Source: an uncultured bacterium
GTDB taxonomy: Bacteria > Macinerneyibacteriota > Macinerneyibacteria > Macinerneyibacteriales > DSCS01
Direction: 5' to 3'
NCBI GenBank assembly: GCA_964574875.1
Contig: CAZNOX010000001.1
Coordinates: 80,206 to 144,205, forward strand
DNA: 64,000 bases
Part shown: piece by piece, positions 56,813 through 64,000 of the stretch
How the letters are laid out: every line of letters starts with the position of its first letter
How positions within the stretch are numbered: position 1 is the stretch's first letter
Translations under genes and position numbers: made by a program
The notes under the pieces: model-generated
What the model was told of the DNA's origin: nothing
Seen by the model: the letters and a program-made list of their open reading frames with translations, nothing else
The model's database searches: none

Positions 56813-57498
56813 CAGACACCCCTCTCTCCAAATAGTGCAGTCCCGATCCGTATGAGATTGCTTCCTTCTTCCACAGCGACGAGGTAATCCTGGCTCATTC
56901 CCATGGAAAGCCACTCCACAGCGATGTTGTTTCCGTTGTTCCAGGACCGTAATGTCTCGTAGATCCTGTAAGCTTCCGCCGCTTTTTTATGAAGAAGGCT
57001 CTTATCATCAGACAGCGGCAGCATGGTCATGAGTCCGGTCACCCTGACCCTTTCGCATTCTGCGGCCTCTCCCATGACCTCCCCGACCCTTTCAGGGGAA
57101 AACCCGTACTTGGACTCTTCCCCGGCGACATTGACTTCTATAAAAAGATCCATCTCCCTGTCCCGTTTCACAGCAGCCAGATCCAGCGCTCTCAGAAGGT
57201 CGATGCTGTCCACGGACTGGATACAGGAAAAGAGGTCGAATGTGTATTTGATCTTGTTCTTCTGCAGATGCCCGATGAAATGGCGCCGGGCTTCGGGGAC
57301 GAAAGGATACTTCTCCCGCGCTTCCTGTATGCGGTTTTCGCCTACCATATCGACTCCGCCCCGAAGAGCCTCTTTGACCTCGTCCAGGGAGCGGGTCTTT
57401 GTCGCTGCGCACAGAGCCACTCTCTGTGAGAGCCCCTTTTTCGCCTGAACAGTCTCAACGGCCTCCCTGACGCGGAGGATATTCTCTTTAATACTCAT
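56812..57498 (-). CDS. yggS: PLP homeostasis protein YggS/PLPBP
   Basis: CAATKT, GENRIQEA, HFIGHLQKNK, IEVN, LSMGMSQDY, EGSNLIRIGTALFG. Confidence 0.96.
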   Translation of the reverse strand: MSIKENILRVREAVETVQAKKGLSQRVALCAATKTRSLDEVKEALRGGVDMVGENRIQEAREKYPFVPEARRHFIGHLQKNKIKYTFDLFSCIQSVDSIDLLRALDLAAVKRDREMDLFIEVNVAGEESKYGFSPERVGEVMGEAAECERVRVTGLMTMLPLSDDKSLLHKKAAEAYRIYETLRSWNNGNNIAVEWLSMGMSQDYLVAVEEGSNLIRIGTALFGERGV

Positions 57499-57601
57499 AC
57501 TCCTGCCTTTGCAGATAATTCGTCTTCCCTAACTTTATTCTAATTCAAGACGGATAAAATTCAAGTCCATTTTTCGACGCATTCTTCTCTCTTCTCCGGG
57601 T

Positions 57602-58144
57602 TCACTCCTCTTCATCAAGAAGTTCGTCCAGTGTTTTCACATAGAGAGCAAGATCCCGGGGTGTGTAGAGGACAAAGCGGATATGCTCCACGATATGCAG
57701 GCCCGGAAGAAGCGAGAGGACTGTTTTCAGAGCCACAAGAGCGGCCTCTTCCGCCGGATACCCGAAAATCCCCGTGGAGAGGGCCGGGAAAGCGACTGAA
57801 CGGATCTCATGGGTCTCGGCCAGGTGCAATGCCGCTCTGTAGCAGGAACTCAAAAGCTCTTTTTCAGGCTTGTCCACCCCGTAGACAGGCCCCAGGCAAT
57901 GGATGACAGCCCTGTTGGGAAGGCGGTGGGCACCGGTGATCACAGCCTCCCCCGGCCTGATGGGTCCCAGGGGGAGAGCCTCTTTTTCCAGCCCGGGCCC
58001 GGCAGCCCGGTGAAGCGCTCCGGCCACTCCACCACCGCTTCTCAGAAAAGCATTGGACGCATTGACCACCGCCTCCATATCAGGCTGACAGGCAATATCT
58101 CCGCACAGGCAGGAGAGGGTCTTTGCGCGGATAAGGCGTTCCAT
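57602..58144 (-). CDS. Macro domain protein (O-acetyl-ADP-ribose deacetylase/YmdB-like)
   Basis: GDIA, VVNASN, GGGVAGALH, IHCLGP, AFPALSTGIFGYP; GGAGG RBS before ATG 58144. Confidence 0.92.
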   Translation of the reverse strand: MERLIRAKTLSCLCGDIACQPDMEAVVNASNAFLRSGGGVAGALHRAAGPGLEKEALPLGPIRPGEAVITGAHRLPNRAVIHCLGPVYGVDKPEKELLSSCYRAALHLAETHEIRSVAFPALSTGIFGYPAEEAALVALKTVLSLLPGLHIVEHIRFVLYTPRDLALYVKTLDELLDEEE

Positions 58145-58226
58145 GGCACCTCCTTGGGCCGGGGTCATCCTGATACATTAGCAAAGAGAGGAGGTTTTTC
58201 AATACTTTTCCCTCCTCTTCCCTTTA

Positions 58227-58254
58227 TTGACTTTCCCTGCTTTTCTCTTATAAT
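58227..58254 (+). promoter_or_regulatory. Promoter of the DUF368 gene, 6 nt from its ATG
   Basis: TTGACT-N16-TATAAT. Confidence 0.7.
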
Positions 58255-58260
58255 CATCCC

Positions 58261-59163
58261 ATGGAAAAACAGGACGTTCCTTTTACCATCGTGATCAAAG
58301 GTTTTCTCATGGGGATCGCCGATATCATCCCGGGGATCTCCGGCGGGACCATCGCCCTTCTCGCGGGGATCTACACCCCCTTTATCGACGGGCTCAGCGC
58401 CCTGACCTCCCTTTTTACAGACAGGAGAGCCTTTCGGCCCCATAGAAATTTTCTTCTTCTCCTTGGAGCCGGGATCCTCACCGCCCTGGTCACAGGCATC
58501 AAGGTCATGAGCTTTCTTCTTTCCCGCTTCCCTGCTGCGACCTATGCCTTTTTTATCGGGCTCATCCTCTTCTCGCTCCATGAGCCCCTGAAAGAGTCTC
58601 TCCCCCTCAGGAGAGGCCGGCTTGCGGCCCTGGCTGCAGGTTTCACCGCCGCCTTCCTCATCTCAGGCCTTCCTGTGCAGGAAGCCGGCCTTCCCGGTGC
58701 CGCGCTCTTCTTCCCCGCAGGGATCCTGGCCGTGAGCGCCATGATGCTTCCGGGGATCAGCGGATCGTTTATCCTGCTGATCACGGGTTTTTACGAAGCG
58801 GTCATCATCTACGGGAACCGGTTCATCGATTATCTCATCTCCCTTTTTTCGGCCCCCCTCCCCTTTCCCGGAGAGGCCTTTTTGGCCCTTGTCTCTCTTT
58901 TTGCGGGAATCGCCCTGGGGCTCATGACTGTCTCCAAGGGGATCAAAGCCCTCCTGGTGAAGCATCACGGGATCACCCTCGCGTTTCTGACCGGTTTTAT
59001 CGGAGGGGCCCTGAGAAAGCCAGTGACCCTGGTGATAACCCATTCCGGGCCCCGTTATGAAGAGCTCCTTCCCGTCCTGCTCTTTTTTCTGTTGGGCGGC
59101 GGCACAGCCGTGCTTCTGCTGACTCTGGAAAAGAGAAGGCGTCAGGGAGAAAGACGTCCCTGA
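58261..59163 (+). CDS. DUF368 family membrane protein (undecaprenyl-phosphate translocase family)
   Basis: KGFLMGIADIIPGISGGTIA and AMMLPGISGSFILL repeats. Confidence 0.92.
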   Translation: MEKQDVPFTIVIKGFLMGIADIIPGISGGTIALLAGIYTPFIDGLSALTSLFTDRRAFRPHRNFLLLLGAGILTALVTGIKVMSFLLSRFPAATYAFFIGLILFSLHEPLKESLPLRRGRLAALAAGFTAAFLISGLPVQEAGLPGAALFFPAGILAVSAMMLPGISGSFILLITGFYEAVIIYGNRFIDYLISLFSAPLPFPGEAFLALVSLFAGIALGLMTVSKGIKALLVKHHGITLAFLTGFIGGALRKPVTLVITHSGPRYEELLPVLLFFLLGGGTAVLLLTLEKRRRQGERRP

Positions 59164-60017
59164 AAACGTCCTGACCGGGCCATGGTTCTTCTGATATCAG
59201 CAAGGATCTCGTCTTTGGACATGGGCCAGTGCGGAGCCAGGAGACGTCCGCTCCTCTCTTCACCGAGAATACGATGCACCACGATATCACTCCGCAGGTT
59301 TTCAAGACAGACGATGAGATCCTCTTTATACTCGTCATAGGTCAGAGGTGTGTAAGAACCGGATTCATAGAGACGCGCCAGTTCTGTCCCCCTGAGGACA
59401 TAGAGATGATGAAACTTGATCCCCTGTATGGGAAGACGGGAGAGACGGCGGACACTTTCGGCCATCATCTCCCGGGTCTCCCCGGGAAGCCCCAGGATCA
59501 TGTGCACCGTGCATTTGATCCCTGTCCCTTCCAGCAGAGCCAGGGCCCGGATAAAATCGTCATAGGTATGGCCCCGTTTCACTCTCTGAAGAGTCTCGTT
59601 GAACGTGGACTGGAGCCCGAACTCCACCCAGACATCATATGAAGAGGCATAACTCGCGATCAGGCTGATGATCTCCGGGCTCACGGCATCGGGACGGGTC
59701 CCGATGATCAGGCCGATAAAGGGGAGGATGGAGAGCCCGCGGTCATAGAGGCTTCTGAGCTCCTCTGCGGGAGCGGCTGTGTTTGTCCCTTTTTGAAAAT
59801 AGAGATAGAAATCCCGCGCCTTATAGCGCTTTTCATAAAACGCTTTCAGCCGCAGGACCTGGTCTTCGAGACTCTCTTCGGGAGGGCTGTAATAGCTGTT
59901 CTCACAATAGATGCACTGCCCTGAACATCCCAGGAAACCATCCACGGAGATCCTGAATGCTTTGGTCTTGTAACGATCCCGGATATAACGGGCAAACGTG
60001 AGGTAAGGAGCAGCCAT
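59142..60017 (-). CDS. TIGR01212/YhcC family radical SAM protein
   Basis: CSGQCIYC, YFQKGTNT, IGTRPD, EFGLQS, RGH, HMILGLPGE, GIKFHHL. Confidence 0.88.
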   Translation of the reverse strand: MAAPYLTFARYIRDRYKTKAFRISVDGFLGCSGQCIYCENSYYSPPEESLEDQVLRLKAFYEKRYKARDFYLYFQKGTNTAAPAEELRSLYDRGLSILPFIGLIIGTRPDAVSPEIISLIASYASSYDVWVEFGLQSTFNETLQRVKRGHTYDDFIRALALLEGTGIKCTVHMILGLPGETREMMAESVRRLSRLPIQGIKFHHLYVLRGTELARLYESGSYTPLTYDEYKEDLIVCLENLRSDIVVHRILGEERSGRLLAPHWPMSKDEILADIRRTMARSGRFQGRLSP

Positions 60018-60067
60018 GACCCCATCTTATCACAGAAGCCGGGAAGCGCCAGTTTTTTGTCTTTTCC

Positions 60068-60095
60068 TTGCGTCTCCCGCTGTTTCTTCTATAAT
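60068..60095 (+). promoter_or_regulatory. Promoter of tadA, 6 nt from its ATG
   Basis: TTGCGT-N16-TATAAT. Confidence 0.6.
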
Positions 60096-60101
60096 CCTCT
60101 C

Positions 60102-60581
60102 ATGCAGCACGATCCCTTTATGCGCCAGGCTCTGAAGGAGGCTCTGAAAGCCTACGCCGCAGGTGAAGTCCCTGTGGGGGCTGTGGTCGTCTCTTGCGGA
60201 GAGATCATCGGCCGGGGGCATAACCTCCGCGAAGAGAGCCAGGACCCCACCACACATGCCGAGATCATCGCCATCAGGGACGCGGCACACACCCTGGGGA
60301 GCTGGCGGCTTGAAGAGTGCGACCTCTATGTCACCCTGGAGCCCTGTCTCATGTGTGCAGGCGCCATCTCCCTGTCCCGGATCCGTAAGGTCTACTTCGG
60401 AACCCCTGATCCCAAGGCCGGTGCCCTGGTCACGTGTGTCAGGGCCTACGATTTTCAATGGCTGAACCATATCCCCGAATTTGAAGAAGGCCTTGGCCGG
60501 GCCACGTCCTCGGCCCTGCTCAGCCGTTTTTTTGAACATCTGCGCCGGAGGAAAAAGGCCCTCAACGGCGAATCGAGATAA
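60102..60581 (+). CDS. tadA: tRNA adenosine(34) deaminase
   Basis: GEVPVGAVVV, HAEIIAI, TLEPCLMCAGA, DPKAGA, FFEHLRR. Confidence 0.95.
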   Translation: MQHDPFMRQALKEALKAYAAGEVPVGAVVVSCGEIIGRGHNLREESQDPTTHAEIIAIRDAAHTLGSWRLEECDLYVTLEPCLMCAGAISLSRIRKVYFGTPDPKAGALVTCVRAYDFQWLNHIPEFEEGLGRATSSALLSRFFEHLRRRKKALNGESR

Positions 60582-61407
60582 GGATTCCCGCCAGGATCAA
60601 AACGATCCCTCCCCACTGAAGCAGGACAAGACGCTCTCCCAGGATGAGAAAGGCCAGGAGTGTGGCAAAGACAGGTTCCGACAGATAGATGATCCCTGCC
60701 ACGGTGGGAGAGATCCTCTTCTGTATGAAAAACTGCATGGCAAAGGGGATGAATGTCCCGAAAACCGTCAGAAAAGCCAGAGCCCCCATGACATCCCACC
60801 GGAGAAAATCCGTCCCCCTGACGATCCCGCCCTGAAACAGGATCATGACCAGGCCCAGGAGGAAGGTGACAGCAAATTGCATGAAGACAAGGGAGAAGGT
60901 GTCATAAAAGCGGCCGTAATAGCTGATCAGGTAGATCTGAAGAGCAAAGATGACCCCGCAGAAGACGGTGAGGATATCTCCCCTGTTCAGGTGAAGGAGG
61001 GCACCCCCGGTGGAGAGGAGATAGATCCCTCCCAGGCTCAGAAGGATGCTCAATGGAATCGTCCGGCTGATTTTTTTCTTCCACCCCAGGTATTCCAGGA
61101 TGGGGACGAAGACAATATAGACCGAGGTGATGAAGCCTGAATTGGTGGCTGTGGTGTACTGCAGCCCGATGAGTTGAAGAAACATCGCCGCCCCGTTGGC
61201 CAGGCCGATGAACAGGCCGGCCCTGATCACTTTTCTGTCCAAGGTGATCTGTCTGCCGAAAAGCAGGAAGAGGAGGAGGGCTGAGACAAAGAACCGGACA
61301 AAGAGGATAAAGGCCGGAGAGAAATGGGGCAGGACCACTTTGGAGAAGATAAATGTGCTCCCCCAGAGAAAGGTGATCACAAAGAGAAGCCCTGTCATCC
61401 GCTTCAT
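60562..61407 (-). CDS. DMT/EamA family transporter
   Basis: LWGSTF, 10 TM, TTATNSGFITS, LSEPVFA. Confidence 0.9.
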   Translation of the reverse strand: MKRMTGLLFVITFLWGSTFIFSKVVLPHFSPAFILFVRFFVSALLLFLLFGRQITLDRKVIRAGLFIGLANGAAMFLQLIGLQYTTATNSGFITSVYIVFVPILEYLGWKKKISRTIPLSILLSLGGIYLLSTGGALLHLNRGDILTVFCGVIFALQIYLISYYGRFYDTFSLVFMQFAVTFLLGLVMILFQGGIVRGTDFLRWDVMGALAFLTVFGTFIPFAMQFFIQKRISPTVAGIIYLSEPVFATLLAFLILGERLVLLQWGGIVLILAGILISIRR

Positions 61408-62774
61408 TCTGATTTTTCTCCGTCAGGGTTGAAAAGAGCCCTGATCCTCACATAGGGGCCATGCCCGGGTTCGTTGACCCCTTCTCCCTCGCTCACATCC
61501 ACCACGGCCCAGATGCGCTGGCGATCTGCGATCATGATGAGGTTGTCCCGGGAGACCCGGGGAATCTTCATGTCGTTGAGGTACTTCTTCATCTTTTTGC
61601 GTTTTCCCCCCGCGGGGGTGAACACGTCTCCCCGGAGCCGGGTCCGGGCACAGAGGGATCCGGTGTGACACAGGTCCGCAGGAATCAGATATTCATTCTC
61701 TCCGATGGAAAAGGGAAACTCCTCTTCGAAACTTATCTCCACAGTGAGATGATAGGAGGGGATCTCTGTCTTCCCCGGCTTCAACTCAAAGCGGTCCAGA
61801 GAAAAAAAGCCTTCGGGAGGTTTAAAGAAAAGACGGTCATAATTGAGGTGAGCCACCCATTTCCGTGACAGGTCCATGCGTTTTCCCGAGACACCGCGCC
61901 GGACCATCTCTTCAAGCAGGGAGAGGTCTTTCCAGGAGAGGGTCAGGCCGAATGTCTTCCCGGCGATCCTTTTGACAAGCATCTTGAGGGCTGCAGGAGA
62001 CAACCCCTTCAGCTCAAGGACATATCCGGCCCGGTCTGTCTTGAAGCGTTCCCGTAAAAGCTCTTGAGCATATTCATCGATCAGCGCCTGGCTGTCTGCA
62101 GCGATGGACCGGAACCGCAGCAGAGATTCCCGGTAGCGGGGATTGACCTTTTTCAGCACGGGGAGAGCCTCGTGACGGATAAGATTCCGGTCAAATGTCG
62201 TCATGGAGTTTGTCTGATCCGTTCTGCAGGTGATCCCGTTCTCTTGAAGCCACGCAAGGATCTCCTCAGTCTCGACGGACAGAAGAGGGCGGATGATGTT
62301 TCCCCTCATTTCGCGGATCCCCATGATCCCCTCCAGCCCGCATCCCTTCACAAGACGGAAGAGGATCGTCTCGGCCTGGTCGTCCAGAGTATGCGCCGTG
62401 GCGATCTTATCGAATCCCTGTTTCCGGGAGACCTGGTCAAAAACAGCATATCTCACCTGCCTCCCTGTCTCTTCCAGGGACAGCTTCCACAGGAGAGCCA
62501 GGTATTTGATGTTGGCTCTTTCTACAAAAAGCGGGATATGAAGAGAATTGCAAAGGTCACGGCAGAAGGCCTCATCGCCGTCACTCTCGGCTCCTCTGAG
62601 ACGGTGGTTCACATGGACAGCGCCGATCCGCCCCAAAGAGAGCTCCTCTCTGAGCCGGACAAGGGCATGAAGAAGGAAGACGGAATCTTTCCCGCCGGAA
62701 AGGGCCACAAGAACGGAATCCCCTGGCCTGAAGAGGCCGTTATCAGTCAAGACCCTTCTGATATCCATGATCAC
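61404..62774 (-). CDS. tilS: tRNA(Ile)-lysidine synthetase
   Basis: VALSGGKDS, HVNHRLRG, TAHTLDDQAET, IRPLL, NLIRH; C-terminal TilS-C domain. Confidence 0.96.
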   Translation of the reverse strand: MIMDIRRVLTDNGLFRPGDSVLVALSGGKDSVFLLHALVRLREELSLGRIGAVHVNHRLRGAESDGDEAFCRDLCNSLHIPLFVERANIKYLALLWKLSLEETGRQVRYAVFDQVSRKQGFDKIATAHTLDDQAETILFRLVKGCGLEGIMGIREMRGNIIRPLLSVETEEILAWLQENGITCRTDQTNSMTTFDRNLIRHEALPVLKKVNPRYRESLLRFRSIAADSQALIDEYAQELLRERFKTDRAGYVLELKGLSPAALKMLVKRIAGKTFGLTLSWKDLSLLEEMVRRGVSGKRMDLSRKWVAHLNYDRLFFKPPEGFFSLDRFELKPGKTEIPSYHLTVEISFEEEFPFSIGENEYLIPADLCHTGSLCARTRLRGDVFTPAGGKRKKMKKYLNDMKIPRVSRDNLIMIADRQRIWAVVDVSEGEGVNEPGHGPYVRIRALFNPDGEKSE

Positions 62775-63733
62775 TGGCCCAGAAAGATCTCCACATCATT
62801 GAACATGCGCTGCCGGCCTGTCCATCTGGCATCGGGAAACTCCTTGATGAGGTCGGAATAGCGTTTCATCTTGGCGTCGATGTTATCCAGAAGATGGACA
62901 AGATAGGCTTCTATGGTCATGGGGAGGACAGCGGCTCCGTATTCCCGCATCCCGTGATGAGACAGGATGATGTGCTGTAGCGGAAGAGCAACGGAGGGAT
63001 CGACCCCCTCCTCTTCGGCTTTCCGCCCCACATACTCGGAACCGATGATGATGTGTCCCATGAGTTTCCCCTGGTCAGTCACATCGATGGATCCCATCTG
63101 ATTATCGTACTCCCATATTTTCCCAATATCGTGGACAAGAATCCCCCCGATGAGAATATCGGCATTGATGAGTCCCGAAGGATAGACCTCCAGAAGCTTC
63201 TGTCCCAGACGGGCGATGAAGAGGGTGTGTTCCAGAAGCCCGGAGAGATAGTTGTGGTGATATGTCTTGGCGGCAGGGGCATCAAAAAAGAGTTCCCTGA
63301 CCTCGTCATCGAAAAGAGCTCTGAGCAGACGGCCGGTCTCTTCATCGTTGATATGGAGCAGAAGTTCGTCAAACTCTTTGATCATCTCCTCGCGGTTCAG
63401 GGGGGAGCGGGGAAGAAAGTTTCTGTAATCGGCCCCGTCCAGAATATCCATACGGTCGATGCGCAGCTGGAGACTGCCGTTGAACTCATCCACAGTCCCG
63501 TCAGTGGAGACCACCAGTCCTTTTTTTCCCAGAAGGAGTTCATAGACCCGGGGAAAGACAGCGGCCCATCGCGCACTGTTCCATATTTTCCCGGAGAGGT
63601 TCTCCTCGCCCCGTGTGAGAGTCAGATCGATATAAGTGTTTCCGTTACGGTCCAGACGCTCATTCGCTCCTGTGACAAGCGCCTCCACCGTCACCCTCTG
63701 CCCCTTTTCTAATTTTGAAAAATCACTTGTCAT
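62771..63733 (-). CDS. OB-fold + HD domain protein, YhaM/Cbf1 3'-5' exoribonuclease family
   Basis: PAAKTYHHNYLSGLLEH, HDIGK, GHI, HIILSHHG, EAYLVHLLDNIDA. Confidence 0.9.
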   Translation of the reverse strand: MTSDFSKLEKGQRVTVEALVTGANERLDRNGNTYIDLTLTRGEENLSGKIWNSARWAAVFPRVYELLLGKKGLVVSTDGTVDEFNGSLQLRIDRMDILDGADYRNFLPRSPLNREEMIKEFDELLLHINDEETGRLLRALFDDEVRELFFDAPAAKTYHHNYLSGLLEHTLFIARLGQKLLEVYPSGLINADILIGGILVHDIGKIWEYDNQMGSIDVTDQGKLMGHIIIGSEYVGRKAEEEGVDPSVALPLQHIILSHHGMREYGAAVLPMTIEAYLVHLLDNIDAKMKRYSDLIKEFPDARWTGRQRMFNDVEIFLGQ

Positions 63734-63783
63734 AGATCCCTCCTCAAAGGATAGTTTACCACATTCTCCCCCCGGGGGCAATA

Positions 63784-64000
63784 TCAGGAGACAAGGCCGT
63801 TCTTGTCCAGGAGGTGGGCCGCCACATCTTCAGGCGCTGCGAAGAGGGCATCCGGATCCTCTGAAACAAGTTCCGCTTCTGTCCGAAAACCCCATAAGGC
63901 TGCTCCTGAAAAGAGGCGGCAGGCTTTGGCTGCGCGGATATCGATCTCTGAATCCCCCAGGAAGAGGGTCTGACCGGGGTCAGCGCCGAGAAGACGAAGG
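63784..64000 (-). CDS. HAD family hydrolase, phosphoglycolate-phosphatase-like (3' part only)
   Basis: Manual translation ...TLFLGDSEIDIRAAKAC..ALWGFRTEAEL..PDAL...VS*. Confidence 0.75.
   Translation of the reverse strand, partial: LRLLGADPGQTLFLGDSEIDIRAAKACRLFSGAALWGFRTEAELVSEDPDALFAAPEDVAAHLLDKNGLVS

Noticed and set aside
1-64000. Stop-codon reassignment or selenocysteine readthrough
   Set aside because: Recognised genes are full length under the standard bacterial code; the only interruption is a frameshift, not an in-frame stop

Overview
A gene-dense, mostly minus-strand housekeeping region of a diderm bacterial chromosome (MlaEF, LspA, beta-barrel proteins, PorV-like protein); the lineage cannot be assigned from sequence alone. 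It holds about 63 CDS, including polA, clpC, serS, gpmI, panD, proS, nth, rpsA, ispH, cmk, pyrBI, lspA, ileS, yggS, tadA and tilS, plus one tRNA-Asn(GTT) and several intrinsic terminators. I found no CRISPR array, integrase, transposase or prophage. The most unusual items are: (1) a 773-aa STAS-like / DnaA-type AAA+ / acidic-tail protein lacking DnaA domain IV, transcribed divergently from an operon of adenosine-kinase-like gene, nuclease-less 'FGSW' repeat protein, polA and DHH-CBS phosphoesterase; (2) a gene encoding only a signal peptide plus a T9SS-type C-terminal sorting domain, coupled to a PorV/PorQ-family barrel and sitting between punA and ileS; (3) a ~915-aa peptidase/beta-propeller/beta-barrel outer-membrane gene broken by a frameshift at a (TC)7 microsatellite; (4) recurrent promoter quirks (16-bp spacers, candidate leaderless starts); (5) a cassette-like methyltransferase after the tRNA. 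All family assignments come from motif recognition by eye, not database searches.
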